DNA from: Basidiobolus meristosporus CBS 931.73
Lineage: Eukaryota; Fungi; Basidiobolomycota
Direction: 5' to 3'
Assembly (NCBI GenBank): GCA_002104905.1
Contig: MCFE01000090.1
Span: forward strand, 1 to 64,000
Length of the DNA stretch: 64,000 nt
The notes under the pieces were generated by a model. It searched no databases. It had not been told where the DNA came from and saw only the letters and a program-made list of their open reading frames with translations. The stretch's first letter is position 1. Each line of letters starts with the position of its first letter. Below, in pieces: positions 49,410 to 61,628 of the stretch. Position numbers and translations under genes: made by a program.

Positions 49410-51670
49410 CCACTCTCAATCTGATATGATTAAATATCTCATTATATAGCTTCTGCTTCTGGCTAAGCACACTATTTCTTGGCTTTCTACAAGCTGTAAT
49501 ACATCCTAATCTCTGACAATCCTCTTATATATTAGCTAAGTCTGCCATGCATTTCTCCCTTCTGTTTAATTCCAGATGATCCTCTACTAAGAGTGCTTTG
49601 TGATGCCTACTTTTAGCAAGTGCACCCATCCCATCTTTGCATTACTTGACTGAATACCCACCCATTGGTGCAGCTTAGCTTTTGAACACCATAGGCATAG
49701 GTGTCTCCATGTGCACATCTGTCTGCAATATTTTCCAACTCTTCCTGGCTGTCCTCCATATATTAACTCATCACATCCATCATGGACTTGAAGGTAATAT
49801 TCTTCACAAGATTGGGATATGGTAGTACCTGCAACTTGACTTATCTTCCTATCTCCCTATTCATCTGCTCCATAGGAAGCTTCTAAAAGGTGAAGCAAGG
49901 CCCAATATTCACCACACACCAAGCAAGATGGAGTAGGGAATAGATACAATAGCAGCAGAGATCTATACATTCTGCATTATATTTGCAGTTTAGCTGCTCA
50001 AATTGTGTTAGAAACTCCTTATGCAACAGCTGAAGATGGGTCAAGTTGGCATTGGTGATCTGCTTCTGGATAAATATTCCTACAAAGTCCACATATGATT
50101 CCCAATGCTTCCAATGTACTCCTGGTAGGAATGGCTTCAGAATGCCACTTGAATAAATACATATCCAGTTCATCCAGTCTTTGCAAATGTATTGTTGCAT
50201 ATGCATGTGAATATTGATTAGAGCCCATGAGAAGTACTTAGGGTAGCAGCAACTCTGTAATATCTTGGCAACTCTTTCAAATTTCTCCAGTATCTTGAAG
50301 TGCTCATATAGTTTGAAATGCCCCATCTACAACTAGATCATCAGTATAGGGATAATGTTAAAAAGCAAATGCATTGCTCTCAGTGGAAAGCTTTTGCTCC
50401 AACAAATACCCACTATCTTAAGTATCTCTGGTTTCTGATAGATTCCATATTATGGCTGATGACTTATAGCTTGCCAACTTTGCTGCAGTTGCATGCTCAC
50501 TTCTGTACATTCTCTCTGTGGGAAGATGATGTTCTTAGTGTTGGTGTTTGGGTAATAAAAATATGCATGAGTTATGGAGCAGATCCCCTGGATTGCACAC
50601 ATTTAACAGCAATATTGCCCATTATGCCCAGAAAAACCTGCTATCATGCTAATGGCTGGGGTATCTTCAATGCAGATAGTGATATGTGCTTTAACATAAC
50701 AGCCATTTACTGTTATCTCACTGGAAAGCATACAAAATTCATTCAGCAATGGATACAGATAGCTATCCAGGTTGGTTGGTGATTTAGGCCCAGATACCAG
50801 TGAGACTACCATTAGATTTTTGCTTTGATACCATACAATAGGCAGCAGATTCAGTTTGATGAGAATCAGTGGCCAGCAGGAATTGCTAGTAGAGTACTTG
50901 TCTAATAAGAATCTATCAAGTGCCAAAGCAAAGGCATGGTCATACATGCCTTCTAAGTAGCCCTTGCTACTTAGCTGTTTATAAGGTATGCCATCAAAAA
51001 TATCTGATATGTTTGCATGTGACTGATACTGAGTGCTGTACTTTATAGTACTGCAATACCTGTTGGACTGCATAAGCTTCTTTAGATGGGGTATTACTGG
51101 AATATATCCAAAGTGTGAGCAATTTTTTCCCTCATTGGTTCTGGATTCCTGACAATTTGGACACATTTCAATGGTGGCATTTTTGGATGTGAATGCCACG
51201 CAACTGTTAATGCATGCTGGATTCAGGACAGTCTTTGGGTCATAGGTTGCTAGCTGCATGATGGTTGTCCACTTGTACCATGGACATGGTAAGTTGCATC
51301 CCAGAATGATTTTAGTAATATGCAGTAGCAGATTCTCAATGCCCCCATTGCTGATATTAGTGGAAACATGCCACTTCTCTAGCCACAACATTACATCACT
51401 CACCAGTAGATGGATTACTGGGCTCATTTGGCTCTGTAGAGTATCCTTGGCATTTATTTCCACAGGTGCTGTCTCATTGCATATTGGGATTTGACCAGAC
51501 TCATGCATGGTACTGTTGTTAGGGGAGATAGGCACACATTCCATCAGTGAGCCTTCTTTGTCAGAGCTATCACTCTGTATGCCATATTCAGAAGGCTGAG
51601 GTGAGCCTAAAGGCATCACAAACTCACCTGACTCAGTTTGTGCAAGATTACACAGATGGCCAGGTGTCAA
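49410..51670 (-). mobile_element. Degenerate CACTA/EnSpm transposase (Transposase_21 and DUF4218-type regions)
   Basis: CINSCVAF...CPNCQESR, YIPVIPHL, ISDIFDG, SCWPLILIKLNL, VSGPKSPTNLDSYLYPL; WICIYSSGILKPFL...WKHW; FPMEQ. Confidence 0.85.
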
Positions 51671-52020
51671 TATAGTAGTATTAACTGACCAGCAAGATAA
51701 TGTTGGTGCTGCAGTGACTGATGAATGGTCAAATATGACTTGTATGGCAAAACACTGGCCATGATCATTATAATACTACCTTTGCTGTCTGCATGATTCA
51801 TGGCTGAGAGGCTTGCTACAATAGCCACATGGTTTTTTTCTCTTCTCTTATGGTGATAAATAAAGTTGTGGTACCACATACCCACATATATGTAGCTCTG
51901 TTTCCCCATTGATGACTTACTTCCATATACATGCCACCAAAAAATAAAGTAAAGTCATCTGGTTCTCAACTAAACACTACTCCTGATGGCAGCAGAAGAG
52001 TAGTTGGACAATAGCTGGCT

Positions 52021-53383
52021 GTGACATTCAGTGCAACAAGCAGGGCTACATCCAGGAAAGGTCATGTTGACTGTGTGCCCACTGAAGGTAACAATGCAGA
52101 CTATGCAGGTCCTCAGTCAAGTAGGCAATACAGAGCCTCTGTGGAGCCGCAAGCTGACCATTATGCTCAGGCTGATGAGAGTGTATCAAATGTAGTACCT
52201 TCAGCTGAAGACCAGCAAGTGACAGTCATAACATCACCCCCACCCATATTAGTATGTACAAAGTCAGCTCATACCAAAGCATTGATGAAACAATTGGGTG
52301 CAGTGGCTGATAGGATAGATGCAATGGCCCAGAGAAATCAGGCAATAGTCCAGACACAGGGTGAGCAGATAATTCATGTAGAGCAATCTATATCCCAGGT
52401 AGAGAAAGCAGTGCTTTTGCTGCAAAGAAGGAACTCAAGTAGCTCAATGTCACAGCTAAGAATTGAGCCATTTCCTGATGTAAAAGCAGGAGAACACCAT
52501 ACAGTCTTTGAAGCACAACAATAGTGCCCAAAGATAAAGCCTACAGAAACACCTATCACAGCATGTGAGGGAGACAATGTGGTGTTTATACTAAAGCTTA
52601 AAAATCAAAAGATATTGAAGATCTGTGAAGCCATTGAGTACAATAATGAAGAGTGGGCTAGTATTTAAATGGCCATCAGAAGTCTAGCAGACCATCACCT
52701 TAAGTCTGGCATACCATGGAACCATCAGGAACTCAAGGTCAAGCAGAATGTGCTTTACTTGTTACATAAACATTATCCTGGATTCAAGCAGGCAAACAGA
52801 TCTTGGGCCAGCATTGATAGAAAAGTATCTTAAGAATAGCAGAAACTATCAAAGGCAGAAGAATAAGGGTGTCATGGCTAAAAACTGGTAGCTTCCTCAA
52901 AAGCCAATTACAAGCAGGGCCAAAAGCTCCAAACAAGCATCAAAGAGACATCAGGTAGCTGGAAGAGTGCCAATAAGGGACAAGCAGGCCAACACAGATG
53001 CACCAGCACAACATTCATCAAGGAAAAAGCATAGTACCACTCAAGAAGCACTCAGTCAAAGTAGCAGTGATGGACCTGGCAGTGGTAAAAGCCAGTGGCT
53101 TTCTCAGGAGCCCATCACAACTACAGCTGAGGGCTCAAAACAAGCAGTAAAGAAACATCAAATTCCCAGGAGAGTGCTGGCAAAGGACATGCAGGCCAAA
53201 AAAGATGTGTCAGAGCAGAATTTATCAAGCAGAAAATGTACCTCAGTACAAGAAACACTCAGACACAGTAGCAGTGAAATACTTGACAGTGATAAAGGAA
53301 CAGGGAAAGGGAAAAATACCTACCCAAGCCTGAGACAGAGAAGCATACAAAGACACTGCAGCTCTTGCCAATCAATGCTGTAA
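52021..53383 (+). pseudogene. Fragmented ORFs (coiled-coil and K/S-rich), probably TE-associated
   Basis: ORFs 52021-52524 and 52967-53383 lie head-to-head with the CACTA transposase; CpG-depleted; no motif recognised. Confidence 0.35.
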
Positions 53384-54373
53384 GCCTGGAACAGACTGAA
53401 TTCCATCATAGCCAAGTATAATTATCCACCAGAAAGCAGCAGTTTTCACAAGAGTTGGAAGCGCAGGCATTTGAGCTGCACTCTAGCAAGGTGGATGAGT
53501 TTGCAGACAAAGGCAACTTGTCTACTACAGCCTCCATGTCCTCCATTGTCAACAGAGTGGGATCCCACAGATAGACAAGGCTACAACATCAAGAACTCAA
53601 AAGACCACCACAGTGCCTTCAGCGGAATTTTGGAACATTAAGTGGCACACCAAGAGGTTGTGGCACTTTTTCAAGAGCCGTGCTCAAGAAAATGCACTTG
53701 AATATTGAAAGGATTTATTGCAAAGACTGGCAGATGAGGTGCCAGACCTTGCAATGCTGGCTGAAGACCAGGACATGTGGGAACCAGTGAATGAACAGTG
53801 GCATAAAGCTCTTGGGTTCCCACCAGAGTCATGGAAACAGAGTTTTACAGCAGAAATACTTATTGAGTGGTGGATTTTGATGGAGTTACTTGTTGAGTGT
53901 GGGGATGGGCTTAATGTATGTGTAGAGTATAGGGACTTGAATAGGTCAATACAATTGGTAATTTAGGGACAACTGAAGTTTCAATGGAAATAAATCAATT
54001 TGTACACATAAAAAGTAAGAGAAACAGTTGAGTCAGGAAGTAAGGAGTCTGAGAAAGTGGCAATAGCCAATCAATGTACACAAATGTAGGAGGTGATCAA
54101 GTGTCCAGGATCAGAAAGTGAGCAAATTGGCAGGGAACCAATCAAAGCCACTTATATATACTGTTGTGGTGAAAAATTTTGGCCCAGTTTTTTGCAAAAC
54201 CTGGAGTGCAATTATTTTTCAAAAGTCTCTGCAGGGTGTCCTGACAGGATGGGAACCTCTTAGTCAGGGGACTTTAAATTTGTGATGGCCTTTTGGTGGG
54301 ATCATCACAATAATTTCTCATGGGGTTCTTGAATTCCATAAAATTGCTCCTTTGCAGAAAAGAAAGAAGTATC

Positions 54374-55018
54374 CTATAGTGGATCTTTTGTTGTCCAAAT
54401 TTTGTCCCCAATCAGCATCAGAGTATCACACAAGATCCTGTTCTGAATCCTTATAAGTGCATCTAAGCAGATATCTGCAGTTCCTTTTAGGTATCTAAAA
54501 ATCAGCACAACTGCTGCAATATGATCAGATCCATAGTTCTGATTATACTGGCTGGCAACTGCCATTGAATATGAGATATCTGGACGTGTTCTAAGCATAA
54601 TATACATAGTACTGCCAGCCATAGATTGACAAGGAAAGTCAGGGGTTTCAAATGGCACCCAGCTCTGTTGATTTGGTTGAGTTTTGGCCAAGTTAAAGAT
54701 TGTCTCCATTGGGGCAGCTGATGGTTTACAGTCTTCCATTTGGTGCTTTTTTAATATATCTTGAATATGCTTGGATTGACTTTGGGTGATACTCTGGGTA
54801 CTGCTGCCTATGGAGAACTTTATCCCTAAGTAGTAACTGAGTTCTCCTAGATTGGACATTTTGAGCTCCTTAGATAGACTGAACTTAGTCACTTCCAATG
54901 TTTTGAGGTTTCTAGCAGCTATAATAAGTGAATCCACATATAGAGCTAATAGAACAGGATTTGCTCTATCTGTCTTATAGTACATACTATAGTCAGCATT
55001 ACTCCTTTTGAAACCCAA
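54374..55018 (-). mobile_element. Ty1/copia reverse transcriptase remnant
   Basis: GFKRSNADYSMY, LLALYVDSLIIA (YVDD degenerate), MSNLGELSYYLGI, GSTMYIMLRTRPDIS. Confidence 0.9.
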
Positions 55019-55119
55019 ATATTCCAGATAAGAATCTATGTTACAATTCTAGGCTCTTGGTGATTGTTTGAGTCCATATGGAGACTTTTTAAGCTTGCAG
55101 ACCAAATGGGGGTTATCCT

Positions 55120-56823
55120 GGTCAACAAACACATCAGGCTAGTCTATATACATGTCCTCATCAGGTTCTTCATTCAGGGTGCTGCTGTACATTCATTTGA
55201 TGGCAATTTCTACCAAGCGTACACTGGAAGCATTGTGTGTCATTTATTGATATTGTAGGAAAATATATCCAGAAGCAGATGAGTAATGCAAACTTGATGC
55301 ATCTTGAAATTTTATGCAAGGAGTTTGTAGCAGGACTTGAGTGGCTATACTGCAAGCATAAAGCTGCACATGTAGATCTCTGCTGCTACAGTATCTACTT
55401 GCTACTCCATCTTGCTTGGTGTGTGGAGTGTATTGAGCCTTGCCTCACCTTTTAGGGGCTTCCTATGGAGCAGATGTGTGGGACAAAGGAAGACAAGTCA
55501 AGTTGCAGGTGCTACCATGTCCCTATCTCATCCAGAATATTACCTCCAAGTTCATAATGGATGTGACAAATTGGCATATGGAGGACAGCCAGGAAGAGTT
55601 GGAAAATACTGAGGATAGATGCTCACATGGAGACACTTATGCCTTAGGCATTACAAAGCAATGCATCCCCAATGTGTGGGTAATCAGTTAAGTAATGCAA
55701 AGTTGGGTTTGGTGCAACAACCAACTAAATTCTATAAGACAACTCCACCAATATGTGCAGTGTTTCTTCTGGTCATAAGCTAATTTCTACATCATACAAC
55801 AAGGAATGCACACAAACAGGATCCAGAGCACACCTTTAAGGGGAACAAGTGTTCAGCAGGGAGATGGAACATATTGATTAGATACTAAGATGTTCTTTGC
55901 AGATTTTCAGGCAGTACTTATGACAACAGTAGAGGCAACCAAGCATATGTTAAAAATATGTAAATCTTACCCGCAATACATGATATATGGCAGCTCTGAA
56001 AGCATCACACAAAAAAGCCATAAAGTTGAGACTACACAAGTGTGTCAATTGCAGCAGGTGTAGATATATGTACAGGTTAGGTAAGCTGGAGGTCATAGTT
56101 CTTGTTGATTGAAGTATATGTGGAATACCCAAGGTAGTAGTGGGTAAGCAGTTAAAGTGGGGTGACACTTCAGTGGAATATATGAATGGAACAAGGGGAC
56201 CTAAAAACAGAAAGCACCAGTTGGAAAACTGGCATGGTAGCATTATACAGGACTCACTGTAGGCTACTGTACTACCACAATAAAGCCTCCGGGTCTAAAC
56301 TGCTGGCATCCTTGTCAATATGTCACTATGGTAAAAGCTCCTGCTTCTCTAGCTTCCAAGGTGCCCCAAGTATCTCCAAAGATCTCTGTGTGTTGTGTGC
56401 ACCACCCTGAAAGCTTCTTGATGGCAAGTCTGAGGTATAACTGCAGAAGGTAGGTGCAACACTAACCAATAAGGATGCATTGTTACTGGTAGAAGGGATG
56501 ATTGTTTGATCAGTACTACATCAGTAAAGAGACCGCAAGGCTCACAAGAATCCAATCTAAGTTCTACAAGAAAACTCCCACTTTTGTGTTGGAAAGTTCC
56601 CCTCTCAGAAGCCACTTTAGTCTAAAGCCCCCTTTAGAGACCACTTTAAGAAACCCCTTTACTCTAAAGAAGCCCCTTTTTGCACCCCTTTAGTGTAAAG
56701 TCTACTTTAGAGACCACTACAAGAAGCCCCTTTACTCTAAAGACACCCCTTCAGACACCTCTTTAGGTCTAAAGACCCCTTTAATGACTTCTACACCACA
56801 CCCCTTTAGTTTAAAGGGGAGTG
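55120..56823 (+). mobile_element. CACTA element 3' part (transposase C-terminus to right end)
   Basis: Inverted homolog of 49.6-50.2 kb (QKQMSNANLMHLEILCKEFV...CCYSIYLLLHL); terminates in GGGGAGTG. Confidence 0.8.
56611..56823. repeat. CACTA-type terminus: TIR (reverse complement CACTCCCCTTTAAAC) with subterminal CCCCTTTA/TCTAAAG repeats
   Basis: Many CCCCTTTA and CTAAAG motifs in both orientations, ending at GTG 56821-56823. Confidence 0.65.
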
Positions 56824-57389
56824 CAGAATTTCCTTATTGGGAAATATTTTCTCAGAAAGAAAAGTGACTGCCAAATAAGAAAAAGTTACTATGAGTAAAT
56901 AAGCCCAATAGTCAACAGAAGGTCAGAACACTGCTGCAGAAGTGAGAAACACTGCCTATAGTATATTTTGAGCCTAATGTTGAGGCTATTGGTGAAAGTT
57001 ATATCTTCTATTGGTATATCAAACTCCCTATAACTATTTCCTTATTAGCATACTGGATGTTGTTGTACATTGTTGATTAGCCTCTACATTGTAGAACAAG
57101 CCCCAAACTAATCATAATACAACAAAACGGATGGTAACTCATACCCAGGTCATGTGTCAAGGGTACTGATGTGGGCACTTGACTAATGTAGATACATCTG
57201 GTGATCACAAAGCCGTATAACATTTGGGATAAACAATGTTGATAACTAATCATGGTAAACATGATATGGAGATTCTACAAACAATTGGGGCAAAGAATAA
57301 TGGGATCATACCAACAGGATAAAATATCAATAAGTGCCTCATTATAGCTATATTAATATACTTTTCTGTGTGAGGTATGAATACCCAGT

Positions 57390-58140
57390 CACAAGAGATA
57401 CTCCATAATATCTTGCAAACTCTTTGAAGTTTCTCTGGTAACTTGAAGTGCTCATTTAGCTTGAAATGCCTCATGGACAGCTTAGTCACTAGTATAGGGA
57501 TATTGTTGACAAGCCAATGCATTGCTCCCACCAGAAAGCTCTTACTCCAACAGATACCCTCCATCTTACGCATCTCTGGTTTCCAATTGATTTCATATTC
57601 CAGCTAATGGCTTGAGCTTGCCAATAGTCATTAGTATAGGGAAATTGTTGAAAGGCAAATGAATTGCTCCTGATGGAAAGCTTTTGCTCCAACAGATACC
57701 CACTATCTTAAGTATTTCTGGTTTCCAATTAATTCCATATTCTAGCCAATGGCTTATAGCTTGCTAGCTTTGCCACAATTGCATGTTGACTTTTCTATGT
57801 TCTCTCCGTGGGAATATGAAGTGTATAGTGAGGTGTTTGGATAATAATAATGTGCTTGAAATATTAACACTACATCATTCATCAGTAAATAGATTACTGG
57901 GCTCACTTAGCTTCATAAGGTAACCCTGGCATTTTTTTCCTTTGGTGTGGTCTCACTACATATTGAGATTTTGGCAGGCTTATGCAGCATACAGTTCTTA
58001 GGAGAGATAAGCTTACAATCCATCAGTGAGCCTTCTGATTCAGAGCTATCACTCTGTGTGCCATATACAGAAGGCTGAGGAGTGCCTAAAGGCCTCACAA
58101 ACTCACCTGACTCAGTTTGTTCAAGTTGACAGGTATTTCT
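57390..58140 (-). mobile_element. CACTA fragment, internally deleted, with a diverged tandem duplication of about 140 bp
   Basis: Aligns to 50260-50560 and 51410-51650; GAAAGCT.TT.CTCCAACAGATACCC occurs at about 57534 and 57676. Confidence 0.75.
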
Positions 58141-58489
58141 ATATGCTGTTATAGATATATCAATTGGCCAACAATATCCCTATGTAACATGATTTAGTTG
58201 CACAGGTGGATCCAATATGAATCAGCTGTCAGGATCCTGCTTAGAGACTATCATAATACCAGCAGCTTGGAATTAGTGACACTGCTAACAATCTTATGAC
58301 AGGATCACAACAGTGTTTTGCTAATTTTACAACCAAATAAAGGGATAAAACTTGATAAGATTTAATTGGTGCTGTGACAATACTTGTAAGGTATATTTGT
58401 GGTCTTTTGGCACTCTATTACTATTTTAAGTGGATCCAGTTGGCCAGAACATCCAACTGCCTTATATGGCAAGAAACTTGACAGTATTT

Positions 58490-59700
58490 TAAAGGCCTGA
58501 CAGCAAGACTGTGCTGGCATTATAGCGGCAGAATGACAGCCTACAGCTGGTTCTGTATAATGCTACTGTAACAGTTTACCAAATGATATATCCTATTTCT
58601 ACCTCCTCTTGTGCAATTCATATATTCTAATGTAGAATGACCCCTCTTTATTTGCTTACCCACTACTACCTTGGTTATTCCACATATACTTTGAATAGAA
58701 GAAAACTATGGCCTCCTGCCTACCAACCCCTATAAACGCACACACCTACCACCATTGACATACTTCTATTGCCTCAATTTTACAGCTTTTTAGTGTGATA
58801 CTTGCAATGTTGCCATATACCTTGTACTGCTGGCAACATATACATCTTGCAAACATATGCTTGGTTGTTGCCACTTATGACATGAATACCTCCTGAATAT
58901 ACACAAAGAACTGCTTGGTATTTAGCCATTATAATTCTTCTCCCTGCTGAATTCCAGTCCCCCATATAGATGCACTCTGGCTTTTGTTTGTGTGAATTCT
59001 GTATTGAATGGTGTAGAAGTTGGCTTGTGACCATAACAAATCCAGCATACCTTGGTAGAGTTTTCCTGATAAAAATTAGTTGCTTGTTTCACCCATCCCA
59101 TCTTTGCATTACTTAGCTGATTACCCACACATTGGGGCTGCTTAGCTTCTTAATACCTTGGGCATTGGTGTCTCCATGTGCATATTTGTCCTCAGAATTT
59201 TCCAACTCTTCCTGGCTGTCCTCCATGTGCCAACTTGTCACATTCATGATGGACTTGAAGGTAATACTTTTGATGAAAGGGGTTAGGGCTAGGGTTAGGG
59301 GAGGGAAAGTCACCAAAGTAGGTGAAATCTTTATTTGATTTCAGACAAGTCTAACTACAAATAAAGAAGCCAGCTGGGAATAGAAGATTCCCAAAGTAAA
59401 CACTAAGTTGAATATGAATAAATCTAAGCTAAGGGTTAGGGTTAGGGTTGGGATATGGTAGTACCTGCAACTTGACTAGCGTTCCTATCTCCCCACACAT
59501 CTGCTCCAGAGAAAACTCCCAAAAGGTGAAGCTAGGGCCAATATTCTCCACACACTGTGCAAGATGGATTAGAGAATGGAGAGAGTAGCAGTGTAGTGGG
59601 GTCACAGTGGCACCTGCTGACAGATGTGCTCATTCCCATATTTTCTACTTCCCTATATCTCTACTACACTTGTTTTAGCTCTATCCCATTTGTCTTACCT
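58490..59700 (-). mobile_element. CACTA fragment (3' region)
   Basis: Aligns to 49620-49980 and, inverted, to 55400-56300. Confidence 0.75.
59281..59447. repeat. About 167-bp insertion bounded by telomere-like TTAGGG repeats inside the CACTA fragment
   Basis: TTAGGG CTAGGG TTAGGG at 59283-59300 and TAAGGG TTAGGG TTAGGG at 59430-59447; absent from the paralogous copies at about 49810 and 55530. Confidence 0.8.
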
Positions 59701-60649
59701 GATCAGTACCATCCCATAAGCTGGTTGACTATCACACCTGCTTACCTTATAGCATAAGTTATCCCTCACTTTATGTAGGATTACTAGCTGTAAGTGCTTC
59801 TATATTAGGCAAGTACCTGTGCCAGTACCCATGACACATGATCAACCTGTGTCACCATCTCTACCATTTTCACACCATATATGGTATCCCTATGTAACAC
59901 AGGTCTCAGAATACTGATTCCTGATTGGTTCGATGTGCTGTGCCTCTTAGAACCTTCTGTCACATACTTAGAACATTCTTAGGTCACTCTGATGTCATTA
60001 AGAGTTTTATTGATATCTGGAACCTTCTGGAACATCATGATTAGTAATCACTTAGCCAATAAGAAAAGTATATTAGGGAGGCTATCCCTCAACAATAAAT
60101 CATCATCCCTTTTATCAATATACCAACTTGTTGATTAGTGTGATCACTGCTACCTGCTGCTACCTGAGCTTCCAACCCCAGACCACAGGACACTCCCAGG
60201 AAACTGTGCTGACAGCCAACTGACCTTGGAGGCACTACTTCTGAGGAATACTCAGAGTAGGTATCTTTTATTATATTTGATTCTTTCCCTAGATTGTTCT
60301 TGTACAGGCAAAAATACTTATCTGTCTTTGTAACTATTGACCACAGCTGCACTCTTATCAAGTTGCTGTTGGTGGAGTTTACAGTTGTTGTGACTTTGGA
60401 AGCTTTAGTACATTGTCATCTCAAAGGACACTGAACCCAGCACATACTTTTGTTAAGACACCAATTAAGTTGGGGATTGTAGCTCAATAGTTTTCTTGAC
60501 AAGCTTGTGGCTTTATTCCCCATCATATTAGATTAGGGACAGTACCCAAGTACTCCTAGTAAGCATTTGCCAGAGGTTATTGCACCCAGTGAACATTGCA
60601 CACACAAAGCACTTGAAAAGTGTTGGACATATCTCTCCCTTGGACTTAT

Positions 60650-61254
60650 ACACCACCACAGAGGCAGTGATCTACATGTTCAGTGTTATGTTTGTAGTAT
60701 AGCTGCTCAAATCCCATCACAAACTCTTTGCACAACAGCTGTAAATGAGTCAAGTTGGCATTGGTGATCAGCTTCTGGAAAAATATTCCTACAATGTCCA
60801 TATACAACTCCCAATGCTTCCAATGTAAACTCAGTAGGAATGGCTTCAGAACACCACCTGAATAAATACATATCCAATTCATCCAGTCTTTGCATTTGTA
60901 TGGTCACACATGCATATGAATATTAACTGGAACCCATGAGAAGTAATTAGGGTAGTGGATACTCTGCAACATCTTGCCAATTCTTTTGAATTTTTCTGGT
61001 ATCTCAAAGGGCTCATTTAACTTGAAATACCCCATGTACAACTTGGTCATCAGTATAGAAATATTGTTGAAAAGCAAATGCATTGCTCCCAGTAGAAAGC
61101 TTTTGCTCCAACAGATACCCTCTATCTTAAGTATCTCCGGTTTCCAATTGATTCCATATTTTGGCCAATGCCTAATAGCTTGCCAACTTTGCTGCAATTA
61201 CAAGCTGACTTCTGTACATCTTCTCTGTGGAATGATGATGTTCTTAGTGCTGGT
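60650..61254 (-). mobile_element. CACTA fragment interrupted by the gypsy insertion
   Basis: WICIYSGGVLKPFLLSLHWKHW; aligns to 49960-50545 up to the LTR junction. Confidence 0.8.
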
Positions 61255-61628
61255 TGTGAGTACTAAATGTAGTAACCACTCCTTGCCCAAGAGTTCTCCC
61301 CAGAGTCCTACCCAAAGCCCCCCAGTATCCTCTCTATGATTCTCCCACACATCCTCCATCCTATTCCTGCCCTTATCTAGTTAGAGCACTTATCATAACA
61401 GGAAGGTGTTCACACCCCTATTTTATAACACATTGTCTATGATCTAAGCCCCTCCAGGTGATATATATATATTCAATTGAACCAAGTGAGAGAAAAAGAT
61501 ATTTGTACAGAATAAACACAAGTCTTTATTACTTAGCTACCTTCTATCAGAAGCTATTTTGGACCAAGTGCTACTGACTTGACCTACAAGCTCTCCCACT
61601 CACTAAGTACATTCAGTAATAACCCACA
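61255..61628 (+). mobile_element. 5' LTR of a Ty3/gypsy element
   Basis: TG...CA termini, followed by a PBS-like TGGTGCTG at about 61633; homologous to the solo LTR at 49026-49405. Confidence 0.8.

Noticed and set aside
49019-49410. Target-site duplication around the solo LTR
   Set aside because: Flanks (TGCTG or TATGC vs TGTGC) do not match exactly, so a TSD cannot be asserted.
60280-60600. Gypsy RT/RNase H connection remnant (LGVLGYC) on the minus strand
   Set aside because: Similarity is too short and interrupted to support without a search.
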